This document shows, in pieces, positions 8,799 to 16,882 of a DNA stretch of 64,000 nt. The stretch's first letter is position 1. Each line of letters starts with the position of its first letter. The position numbers and the translations under genes were made by a program. The notes under the pieces are model-generated. The model was given only the letters and a program-made list of their open reading frames with translations, did not search any database and was not told where the DNA came from. Where the stretch lies: contig CAZCCJ010000005.1 in NCBI GenBank assembly GCA_964497235.1, forward strand, positions 371 through 64,370. The letters run 5' to 3'. Source of the DNA: an uncultured Staphylococcaceae bacterium (GTDB taxonomy: Bacteria > Bacillota_I > Bacilli_A > RFN20 > CAG-826).

Positions 8799-9116
8799 CT
8801 AGTCTCCTTCGTTTAAGTCGGTGACTTTCATCATGACGTATGAGGCTTCGTTTTTCCTTAATGTGAGTTCATACCCGCGTAACGTCACTTCGGTAGGATC
8901 GCCTAGTGGAGCGCGTTTTCTGACGAATACTTCGCATCCTGGCGTAAGTCCCATGTCGAAGAGCCTACGACGTATTCTTCCTTCTCCATAGACTCCGATG
9001 ATGGAGCCAGTGGCACCGACTGGAAGGTCTTCCAAAGTCGTTTCATCGCCGACTTTGAGAGACGTTTGTTTTTTAAGTTCCTTTTCCATATATAAGAGAA
9101 CTCCTTTTCTTAGCAT
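8799..9116 (-). CDS. feoA: FeoA-domain protein
   Basis: SH3-like FeoA pattern LPVGATGSIIGV...RRRLFDMGLTPGCEV...PLGDP. An alternative start at ATG 9089 follows AAAGGAG and is equally plausible. Confidence 0.8.
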   Translation of the reverse strand: MLRKGVLLYMEKELKKQTSLKVGDETTLEDLPVGATGSIIGVYGEGRIRRRLFDMGLTPGCEVFVRKRAPLGDPTEVTLRGYELTLRKNEASYVMMKVTDLNEGD

Positions 9117-9325
9117 GCGACAAAGATTCTTGAAGCGATGTCATGGTCCAAAGCGAGTCGCGATTCTTTCACTTTGACGATGACTCCGCTCGATTGGAGG
9201 GATAGTAACGTGAGTTCGCTTTCCCTAACGATCCCAAGGCTCGCCAAATGAGATCTCATCTTTTCGTCGCCGGTGACCCTGGTGACTTTAAGCGTGGCGT
9301 TCGTTGGAGCGATAAGTAGTGGCAT
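9110..9325 (-). CDS. feoA: FeoA-domain protein
   Basis: 71 aa with LKVTRVTGDEKMRSHLASLGI...VIVKV. First gene of the feo operon, with a GAGGA ribosome-binding site upstream. Confidence 0.8.
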   Translation of the reverse strand: MPLLIAPTNATLKVTRVTGDEKMRSHLASLGIVRESELTLLSLQSSGVIVKVKESRLALDHDIASRIFVAC

Positions 9326-9338
9326 AATTTTTTCCTCA

Positions 9339-9354
9339 GTTAGAATTCACTAAC
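9339..9354. promoter_or_regulatory. Inverted repeat GTTAG-N6-CTAAC in the feoA leader (candidate metalloregulator operator)
   Basis: gttagaattcactaac lies immediately upstream (on the minus strand) of the feoA ribosome-binding site. TTAG/CTAA arms recall DtxR/IdeR-type boxes. Confidence 0.3.
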
Positions 9355-9426
9355 AGCCGTATTATGAGACTATGGAAACAAAATGCAAGAGAAAAGTTAA
9401 ATATGACTAACATTAATGTGTGAATC

Positions 9427-9455
9427 TTGACAAAATGACATTCGGAAACAATAAT
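9427..9455 (+). promoter_or_regulatory. Candidate sigma70-type promoter of the DtxR-family gene
   Basis: TTGACA (9427-9432), 17 nt spacer, AATAAT (9450-9455). It would give a very short leader. Confidence 0.35.
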
Positions 9456-9474
9456 TTTCCAAAAGGTGAAGCTT

Positions 9475-9861
9475 ATGGAAAAAACACACGAATCGGCTGA
9501 GGATTATTTGGAAAGAATATTGATGCTCGAGGAGAAGGGGGTGAAGGAGATTCACGCCGTCGATCTCGCTTCCTCTTTCGGCTATAGCAAAGCGAGCATT
9601 TCCGTCGCCTTGAAGAAACTTGAGAACAATGGCTATGTGGCTTTAGGCCCCCGTCAGCAGCTATATTTGACGCCTTCCGGCTATTCCCTCGCCAAAAAGG
9701 TCTATGAAAGGCACCGCGTCATCACCTCTTTATTGGCTAAGCTTGGAGTGAACGAAGAAGTCGCGATGAGAGACGCTTGCAAAATCGAGCATGATCTCAG
9801 CGATGAGACCTTCGATGCCTTGAAAAACGCCTTGGAAAAGATTACAAATTCGAAAAATTAA
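9475..9861 (+). CDS. DtxR/MntR-family metal-dependent transcriptional regulator
   Basis: SAEDYLERILMLEEKG...ASISVALKKLENNGYV...YERHRVITSLLAKLGV...KIEHDLSDE is collinear with MntR/DtxR winged-helix plus dimerisation domains. ATG 9475 follows AAGGTGA; the track start at 9466 is a GTG. Confidence 0.8.
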   Translation: MEKTHESAEDYLERILMLEEKGVKEIHAVDLASSFGYSKASISVALKKLENNGYVALGPRQQLYLTPSGYSLAKKVYERHRVITSLLAKLGVNEEVAMRDACKIEHDLSDETFDALKNALEKITNSKN

Positions 9862-9971
9862 GCGTCTTTCCTATCTTTGTTTTGATTCCTATTTAACTTC
9901 CCATAAAAAGTCCTAACATATTTAGGTATTAAGCAAGCCTTAATACGCATTTATCCTCGGAGGGGATTTTT

Positions 9972-11258
9972 ATGGCGTCTTTGGCAATCGAAGGAATGCA
10001 ATGGGGCGATGAAGGAAAAGGCAAGATAACCGATTATTTCGCATCGAAATGCGATATCGTCGTCCGTTCTCAAGGCGGAAACAACGCCGGGCATAGCGTG
10101 GTTCATGGCGATAAGAGGTACGCTTTAAGACTGCTTCCAAGCGGCATCCTCCATCCGAACGTCACCAACGTCATCGCCGACGGCGTCGTCGTGAATCCTG
10201 AAGCGTTATTGGAAGAGATCGCTTCGCTAAAAGAAAACGGGGTATCTTCCTTTAATCTTTTGTTAAGCGACAGGGCGACCCTTTTGCTTCCGTATCATAT
10301 CGCCCTCGACAAAGCGCGCGAATCGTTGCTTGCCAAAGACAAGATCGGCACGACTGGAAGAGGAATCGGACCATGTTATGAGGACAAAGCGTCCAGAAAT
10401 GCCCTGATGGTCGGCGATTTGCTTCATCCTGCATATCTAAAAGAGAGGCTCTCTAGAGCGTTGCTCATAAGGAACAAGGAACTATCGGCCTATGGAGTCG
10501 CTCCTTTCGACGTCGATGAGATGTTCGTGAAGCTCATTGGCTATGCCGAGAAGCTAAGGCCGTATATAACCGATACCGGACTCTACCTCCATAACTCCAT
10601 AAAAGAAGGCAAGAAAGTATTGTTCGAAGGGGCGCAAGGGGCGATGCTATCGTTAAATAACGGCACTTATCCTTTCGTCACAAGCTCTTCCCCGTTAGTG
10701 ACGGCGATACCTGCCAACACCTCCTTGCCGCTAGATTCGGTGAATGATGTGCTAGGCATTTTCAAAGCCTATACGACCCGCGTCGGAAGCGGCCCATTCC
10801 CAAGTGAGATAATGGATGAGGAACTTGCGAACAAAATTCGCGTGAGGGGTCATGAATTTGGAACCGTCACCGGTAGGCCTAGGCGCGTTGGCTGGCTCGA
10901 TATCCCTCTTCTTCGCTATGTCGCTAGGATAAGCGGCATCAAGCATGCGGCCATAATGCTTCTAGATGTGCTTGATTCGGTCGATACCATCAAAGTGGTC
11001 GTCGAATACCGCTTGAATGGCGAAAGAATCGATACATTCCCAGCTTCTTTGGCGGATGTCGGCAATCTTGAATGCGTTTACGAGTCTTTCCCAAGTTGGA
11101 AGGAAGACATATCGAGAGCCAAGACGTACGAGGAACTTCCTATAGAAGCCAAGAACTATATCGATTCGCTTGAAAAACTAATCGGCATCGATATCGATTT
11201 GATATCGGTAGGGCCAGAAGAGCATCAGACGATAAAAAGAAGGGAGATATTCCAATGA
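9972..11258 (+). CDS. purA: Adenylosuccinate synthetase
   Basis: QWGDEGKGK P-loop, GGNNAGH, TTGRGIGP. 428 aa. Confidence 0.95.
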   Translation: MASLAIEGMQWGDEGKGKITDYFASKCDIVVRSQGGNNAGHSVVHGDKRYALRLLPSGILHPNVTNVIADGVVVNPEALLEEIASLKENGVSSFNLLLSDRATLLLPYHIALDKARESLLAKDKIGTTGRGIGPCYEDKASRNALMVGDLLHPAYLKERLSRALLIRNKELSAYGVAPFDVDEMFVKLIGYAEKLRPYITDTGLYLHNSIKEGKKVLFEGAQGAMLSLNNGTYPFVTSSSPLVTAIPANTSLPLDSVNDVLGIFKAYTTRVGSGPFPSEIMDEELANKIRVRGHEFGTVTGRPRRVGWLDIPLLRYVARISGIKHAAIMLLDVLDSVDTIKVVVEYRLNGERIDTFPASLADVGNLECVYESFPSWKEDISRAKTYEELPIEAKNYIDSLEKLIGIDIDLISVGPEEHQTIKRREIFQ

Positions 11259-12550
11259 TTGACCGATATACCCCAAAGAAGATGACGGCGATTTTTAGCG
11301 ACGAATCCCGCTTCCAAGCGTATTTGGACGTTGAAATCGCCGTTTTGGAAGGACAAGCGAAAATAGGCGTCGTCCCCGCCAAAGACGTCGAGAAAGTCAA
11401 AGCGAAAGCGAAAATTAACCTCAAGAGGATCGCTGAACTAGAAGCTGTCACGAAGCATGACGTCGTCGCTTTCACCCGCTCGATAGATGAAGAGCTCGGC
11501 GAGGAAAAACGTTTCGTCCATTATGGTCTAACATCTACCGATGTCGTCGATACGGCGTTAGCCACCCTTTATAAAAGAGCCAACGATCTGATCGCTGACG
11601 ATTTTGATGAATTGCTTGGCGTCATCAAGGAAATCGCCATCCGTTACAAAAACCAAAAAGCCATCGCAAGAACCCATGGCATGCATGCGGAAGTGACTTC
11701 TTTCGGCCTTCGCTTCGCCGGATATTATGACGAAGGAAAGAGGGTGCTCGAATCTTTTACGAAAGCAAGGAGACTCATCGAATGCGCGAAGATATCCGGA
11801 GCGGTCGGCAATTTCGCGAATATCGATCCGAGCGTCCAAGACTACGTGGCCGATAAATTCGGCTTGGAAAGCGCCCCTTTCTCTAGCCAAGTGCTCTCTC
11901 GCGACCGCCATGAGCATTACGCAGCATCGTTGACGATAGCCGCTTCGCTAATCGAGAAGATGGCGACGGAGATAAGGAATCTTTCAAGAAGCGAGATAGG
12001 GGAAGTCGAGGAAGGTTTCTCTAATGGCCAAAAGGGAAGCAGCGCGATGCCTCAGAAACGCAATCCCATAAGTTCGGAGAATTTGACTGGATGTGCTAGG
12101 ATGATTCGAGGTTATTTGTTACCTATTTTAGAGGATAACGCCCTTTATCACGAAAGAGACATCTCCCATTCCAGCGTTGAGCGAGTGGCTCTTATCGACA
12201 TGATTACTTTATTCGATTACATGTTAGTCAGAATGGCCAAGGTTTTGCGTAACCTTTCCTTTTTCCCGAAAAACATGGAAAGGAATATCGCTTTGACGCA
12301 TGGTGCGATCTATTCGCAAAAGGCGATGAACGTCCTTATAGCGAAGGGGATGTCGAGAGAGAGCGCCTATGACCTCATTCAACCGTTAGCGATGAAGAGC
12401 CTCCAAGAAGGCGTTTCCTTCGAAAAATTATTAAACGGTTCAAAAGAGGCAATGGTCACTCTTTCGAAAGAGGATTTGAATACGATATTCGATGACAAAA
12501 ACGCATTCAAGAATGTTGACTATATCTATAAGAAAATCGGTATTGAATAA
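11255..12550 (+). CDS. purB: Adenylosuccinate lyase
   Basis: GSSAMPQKRNP fumarate-lyase signature. ATGA overlap with purA. 431 aa. Confidence 0.95.
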   Translation: MIDRYTPKKMTAIFSDESRFQAYLDVEIAVLEGQAKIGVVPAKDVEKVKAKAKINLKRIAELEAVTKHDVVAFTRSIDEELGEEKRFVHYGLTSTDVVDTALATLYKRANDLIADDFDELLGVIKEIAIRYKNQKAIARTHGMHAEVTSFGLRFAGYYDEGKRVLESFTKARRLIECAKISGAVGNFANIDPSVQDYVADKFGLESAPFSSQVLSRDRHEHYAASLTIAASLIEKMATEIRNLSRSEIGEVEEGFSNGQKGSSAMPQKRNPISSENLTGCARMIRGYLLPILEDNALYHERDISHSSVERVALIDMITLFDYMLVRMAKVLRNLSFFPKNMERNIALTHGAIYSQKAMNVLIAKGMSRESAYDLIQPLAMKSLQEGVSFEKLLNGSKEAMVTLSKEDLNTIFDDKNAFKNVDYIYKKIGIE

Positions 12551-12647
12551 ATTCTGGTGAATTCGAATAATATCGATTTTGACACGTATTTTTTAAATAT
12601 TTAATGCCAAAAATCGGTCGATTCATGTTTTTTCGATATCCGATAAT

Positions 12648-12667
12648 ATGAAACAAAACAATATAAG
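12648..12667 (+). promoter_or_regulatory. 20-bp box shared with the AraC/GH130 intergenic region
   Basis: atgaaacaaaacaatataag here versus atggaacaaaacaatatagt at 15712-15731: 17 of 20 matches with a 14-nt identical core. Confidence 0.35.
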
Positions 12668-12713
12668 ATTGAACCAATGTCTCATACGCGTGTAAACGTT
12701 TTTGAATTTAGAA

Positions 12714-12727
12714 TGTAAACGCTTACA
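12714..12727 (+). promoter_or_regulatory. cre-like (CcpA/LacI-type) operator
   Basis: TGTAAACGCTTACA fits WTGNAANCGNWNNCW at every constrained position. It lies 4 nt before the AAAGGAG ribosome-binding site of the 12745 gene. Confidence 0.5.
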
Positions 12728-12744
12728 TGCAAAGGAGTTTCTTT

Positions 12745-14775
12745 ATGAAGAAGAACAGAAAACTTTTGTTGGCTAGCAGCGTGGCTCTTTCGGGCCTCTT
12801 AGTCGCCGGCGTCGTATCAGCCAGCGTTAAGGGGAACATTGGCCTTTTGGGCGCGGACGATTATTCGAGTGTAAAATCGATCGCGATCACCTTCACAGCT
12901 GAAGATTTCGCCAGCGGCGTAACGACAATCACCAAAAACGGCAATCCATTTAACGTCGTCGGCGACGTCTCCGTCAAAGATGGCGTCATAACGTTCGCCA
13001 AAGATGCCGGTCTAACTAGAACCGTGACCGATGGAACGGCATCGGGTATCTACGTCGGTGCCAGCTTGTTCTATGAAATGAGCATCACTGGTTTGACGGT
13101 CGATACCCCAAGCCAATCCGTCAATCATGCTGGCAAAACTCGCACATGGTATAACGTCATCAACGATAGAGGAAGTGGCGATGGCCGTGGACTATATTCC
13201 TCAAGCGCTGAGGCTGATGCAGTCGGCTATCACGATATCTCACACACTTGGAGTAATGACCGTGACGATAACGACCCAAGCGCATTCTGGATTGAAACGT
13301 CAAAACCGGATTTGGTCGCCACGGGCGGTGCTTTCTCGTTTAAGACCCTAACGCTTAAATATGAATGCGTGCGTAGCGATAAAACCTATCAAAAGATCAT
13401 GTTCAACAACTCCCGCAACGAATTCAAGTTTGTGGGCAAAAACGGCGACGCCATCGCTCCGATCGCGGCTGTCGGCGAAACTCTTGAGTTTAAGCTGGAC
13501 GTCGATCCTTCTTACGCCAAGAGATACGATATCGCCGTCACTTATTCGAACTTCCGCGATTCCACGACCGCTAAAACGACTTTGACGCCGAATTCTGATG
13601 GCGTGTATTCGCTCGTTCTCTCTAATTCCTATGTCGAAGGGAACACTTCGGATTATACGTATTTATATGCGACCCCGACTGCGAAAGCCTCGACCGCCAT
13701 TTCCTCGGCTGCCGAATTCGCTGCCATGGAAGAGGATGGCATTTATCATTTGACGGCGGACATTGATTTAGGTGACAATGCTCCGTTGGAATCTTTCTCA
13801 GGCGTATTGGATGGCAGTGGGCATCGTATTTATAGCGGAAAACGCAGGACAGGCGGCCCGGCTTGTGGTTTATTCAAAGAACTAAAGGGCCTTGTCCGTA
13901 ACGTCGTCACGGATTTCAATATCGACTATTATGGCTATATCGGCGGTGGAATCTGCGGAACTTTGGATGGCGGTATTATCGAAGACGTGACCGCACATAC
14001 GATTTTCCGTTGGAAGATAGATGGCCAATGCGGAGGCATCGCAGCCACCGCGACAAATGGCGCGTTGATTAGAAATTCGACCGTCTATTTCTTGAGCAAA
14101 GCGATGGACAAATCCGTCGAAGAGCCGATTGGCACTGTCGTTGGCAACCTCGGCGAGAACTGCGTTGTGGATAATGTGAAAGTCAAGATTCCAGCCGCAT
14201 TCGACGCTTCCAAACTTGAAGTTGTTCGTTCTTCCGAAAACAAAGGAACAGTCACGAATTGCTCAATCGTCAATTATCAAGAGAAGGCGCTTGACGACGC
14301 TCTTTATGAGGGCGGCGAAGAGACGACGGAAACATATAATGGCATGCCATTGAGAAAGAAAACTTTCACTGCCGTCAATGATGGAACCGAATTCCTTAAT
14401 AGCACGTATGATCTTAATCAAATCAAAACGGCTTCTTTCTTCTTGAAGATCACCGAACTAAAAGCAGGAGGTTCAGCTGATTCGTTAGCGGATCTCGACT
14501 CGTTTGCAATAACCGGCGGCTCTAACTACATCCATCGTTCGACGGAAGGTCGCGAAGCGTGGAATTACGTCGAGATCAGGAAGATCGCCGACAATGAATT
14601 CACGGTTTACACGGTTATGTTGACGCCTAATACGACTTATTTTTCGGCAGCCGAATTCGCTGATAGAACAGGAGACGCGGGTGGCAACCTTCTTAGTTCT
14701 TTCACCGGAATCTACAGTTGGAAAGGCGTCAATACCATGACGATTTACTCAACTCCGTTATACGTAGAAAAATAA
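12745..14775 (+). CDS. Secreted/anchored surface protein with a GLUG-like central module; paralogue of the C-terminal half of the 24470 gene product
   Basis: Signal peptide MKKNRKLLLASSVALSGLLVAGVVSA. FSGVLDGSGHRIY matches FSGRLNGLGHRVY in the 24470 protein. The C-terminus CSIVNY...YNGMPL...WNYVEIR...STPLYVEK is collinear with CSIVKH...YLGMPL...WNYFELR...STPLYLSEK. Confidence 0.7.
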   Translation: MKKNRKLLLASSVALSGLLVAGVVSASVKGNIGLLGADDYSSVKSIAITFTAEDFASGVTTITKNGNPFNVVGDVSVKDGVITFAKDAGLTRTVTDGTASGIYVGASLFYEMSITGLTVDTPSQSVNHAGKTRTWYNVINDRGSGDGRGLYSSSAEADAVGYHDISHTWSNDRDDNDPSAFWIETSKPDLVATGGAFSFKTLTLKYECVRSDKTYQKIMFNNSRNEFKFVGKNGDAIAPIAAVGETLEFKLDVDPSYAKRYDIAVTYSNFRDSTTAKTTLTPNSDGVYSLVLSNSYVEGNTSDYTYLYATPTAKASTAISSAAEFAAMEEDGIYHLTADIDLGDNAPLESFSGVLDGSGHRIYSGKRRTGGPACGLFKELKGLVRNVVTDFNIDYYGYIGGGICGTLDGGIIEDVTAHTIFRWKIDGQCGGIAATATNGALIRNSTVYFLSKAMDKSVEEPIGTVVGNLGENCVVDNVKVKIPAAFDASKLEVVRSSENKGTVTNCSIVNYQEKALDDALYEGGEETTETYNGMPLRKKTFTAVNDGTEFLNSTYDLNQIKTASFFLKITELKAGGSADSLADLDSFAITGGSNYIHRSTEGREAWNYVEIRKIADNEFTVYTVMLTPNTTYFSAAEFADRTGDAGGNLLSSFTGIYSWKGVNTMTIYSTPLYVEK

Positions 14776-14795
14776 AGCAATCCCCATCAAAAACT

Positions 14796-14826
14796 AAAAA
14801 AGCCGTGCAAAACACGGCTTTTTTTG
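14796..14826. terminator. Bidirectional rho-independent terminator
   Basis: aagccgtg-caaaa-cacggctt is flanked by an A-run and a T-run, between convergent genes. Confidence 0.7.
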
Positions 14827-14837
14827 GTGCGATTGAA

Positions 14838-15689
14838 TTAATAAGTAGACCTTTTCCTATAAGCTCCGGGCGTCATTCCAAATTCTTTTTTGAAGTCGGC
14901 GTTAAACTGAGAAAGGTTGGAAAAGCCGACTTTCGAGGCGATTTCGCTTATTGAGATGCCACTATTGATGAGCAAGCTTGATGCATACCTCAATTTGGTC
15001 TTAATAAGAAAATCGTGCGGAGTCATATCGAAATTCTTTTTGAACAAACGGTTAAGCTGAACCCTGGAGTAGTTGAGTTTTTCACATAGATCGGAAACGG
15101 AGAACAAAAGGAAAGAGGGGTCTAGCGACAATTCGTTGACCGTTCGTTCAAAAGAAGAACGGTTAGGTGGCATTTTTATCATATTCAAATACAGACGTTG
15201 GATGGCAAGCAACGCCGCCGCACAGGCGATTTCATTCGTTTCAAGAGCCGTCGAAGAGCGGGTGTTCGCGCAATGTATGATCGAGGAGATGTCGAGGACA
15301 AATTGCTCGCTCACCTTGTAGCAATGTTCTCCTTCGATTAGCTTTTCTTTCAGATTCGGGGATATGGCATTCAATATCGGCAAAAGCGCGCTTTCTCTGG
15401 CCGTTATGTTGATGTAGCGGGGGTTCGCCTCGCCTATTTTATGAAGGGAATGAACGTCTTTTGTCGTCGCATAGAACAAAGTGTTTTTAGGACAGATATA
15501 CTTCTTGCCATTCAATCTATTTTCCAACGTTCCGTCCGTGACTATCGTGAATTCCCAGAAATCCAAATGCTCATGGAGCCTAGGATAATCGAAGGTGTTG
15601 ATATGGAAACCGAAAGAAATAAGATCCTCCTCATCGATTTCGGAATCCGGTATCCCTTGCTTCAAACAAAGATGCTCTAACGTTTCCAT
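14838..15689 (-). CDS. AraC-family transcriptional regulator (cupin sensor plus HTH)
   Basis: N-terminal HEHLDFWEFTIVTDG cupin motif. C-terminal dual HTH (SVSDLCEKLNYSRVQLNRLFKK...ISEIASKVGFSNLSQFNADFKKEFGMTPGAYR). Confidence 0.85.
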   Translation of the reverse strand: METLEHLCLKQGIPDSEIDEEDLISFGFHINTFDYPRLHEHLDFWEFTIVTDGTLENRLNGKKYICPKNTLFYATTKDVHSLHKIGEANPRYINITARESALLPILNAISPNLKEKLIEGEHCYKVSEQFVLDISSIIHCANTRSSTALETNEIACAAALLAIQRLYLNMIKMPPNRSSFERTVNELSLDPSFLLFSVSDLCEKLNYSRVQLNRLFKKNFDMTPHDFLIKTKLRYASSLLINSGISISEIASKVGFSNLSQFNADFKKEFGMTPGAYRKRSTY

Positions 15690-15711
15690 CTATATCAAGA
15701 TAAAACATTCA

Positions 15712-15731
15712 ATGGAACAAAACAATATAGT
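15712..15731 (+). promoter_or_regulatory. Second copy of the 20-bp box (candidate AraC operator)
   Basis: atggaacaaaacaatatagt lies in the 140-bp divergent region between the AraC gene and the GH130 operon. Confidence 0.35.
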
Positions 15732-15833
15732 CATGGTCAAAAGCGTGCTTTCCATGAAAGGGGTTTCAAAACACAATTACGATGTATCAAAATGAGATAG
15801 TGGCAATTAGGCCAAAATGTTTTGGAGGCAATG

Positions 15834-16868
15834 ATGATGAAATTGAAGAAATATGCCGATAATCCGATACTTTCGCCCAACCCAGACCTCGATTGGGAAA
15901 GTTTTTGCGTTCTTAACCCGGCCGTCATATTCGATAAGGAAAAAGAAAAATTCGTGATGTTATATCGCGCAGCCGGCAGTGAAACAAAACACATAATCCG
16001 TTTAGGACTAGCCACAAGCAAGGACGGAATTCATTTCGAACGTGAGAGCGATAAACCCATTTTTGACGTTGACCCTAACGACGCCGATGGCGGTTGCATC
16101 GAGGATCCAAGGCTCATCGAAATGGATGGCTATTATTATTTGACGTACGCTTCGAAGCCATTTTACGTCGGCCGTTATTGGCTAGACAGAAAGGAGCGAT
16201 GGGACGCTTCTTTGGGCTGCCCATATCCCGAAGGCCCTAGCGAGCCGAAATTCATAAGGGAAAGGCATACGACTACATATTTGGCTTACACCAAGGATTT
16301 CAAGAATTACAAGCGCTTGGGCCGCATCACAGATTCCCGTTATGACAATCGCGATTGCGTTTTGTTCCCTGAGAAAGTAAATGGGAAGTTCGTCAAGATC
16401 GACCGTCCATACCGCGATGGACCGAATCCATCGATGTGGATCACCTATAGCGACGACATGCTTGAGTGGGGTGAACCGACCCTTTTATACAAGGTCGGCG
16501 GAGAAAGATGGGAAAGCGAGCGCATCGGCGCCGGCTGTCCTCCGTTAAAGACCGACGAAGGCTGGTTGCTCTTATACCATGGAGTTTCTTTGGAAGACCA
16601 TAAATATCGTATAGGATTCATGCTTTTGGATGGCAATGATCCGATGAAAATCCTTGCGAAAACCAAGGATTTCGTGATGGAACCGGAATTTGAATACGAA
16701 TCAAGCGAAATGTATCCCGGCTGCGTTTTCCCGACGGGTTGGGTCAATAAAGATGGCGTTTTGTATATATATTATGGTTGTGGCGATAAACACATATCGC
16801 TAGCCACTTCGAGCGTCGAGGAGATTCTCGAAGAACTTCATAAACCCGAAAACAAATACAACAAATAG
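15834..16868 (+). CDS. GH130-family glycoside phosphorylase/hydrolase (beta-mannoside type), cytoplasmic
   Basis: NPILSPNPDLDWESFCVLNPAVIF...MLYRAAG...IRLGLATSKDGIHFER...GGCIEDPRL...YYYLTYAS is the typical GH130 five-bladed propeller N-terminal pattern. No signal peptide. The start is one of the ATGs at 15831-15837, after GGAGG. Confidence 0.85.
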   Translation: MMKLKKYADNPILSPNPDLDWESFCVLNPAVIFDKEKEKFVMLYRAAGSETKHIIRLGLATSKDGIHFERESDKPIFDVDPNDADGGCIEDPRLIEMDGYYYLTYASKPFYVGRYWLDRKERWDASLGCPYPEGPSEPKFIRERHTTTYLAYTKDFKNYKRLGRITDSRYDNRDCVLFPEKVNGKFVKIDRPYRDGPNPSMWITYSDDMLEWGEPTLLYKVGGERWESERIGAGCPPLKTDEGWLLLYHGVSLEDHKYRIGFMLLDGNDPMKILAKTKDFVMEPEFEYESSEMYPGCVFPTGWVNKDGVLYIYYGCGDKHISLATSSVEEILEELHKPENKYNK

Positions 16869-16882
16869 GAAGGAGCATCGAA

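Noticed and set aside
9862-9971. Looked for a purine riboswitch or T-box upstream of purA.
   Set aside because: The 110-nt leader lacks the conserved guanine/adenine riboswitch junction sequences and any T-box element.
15760-15773. The palindrome-like TGAAAGGGGTTTCA in the AraC/GH130 intergenic region, considered as a cre site.
   Set aside because: The central CG dinucleotide that cre elements require is replaced by GG. It may be an unrelated operator, but it cannot be called cre.
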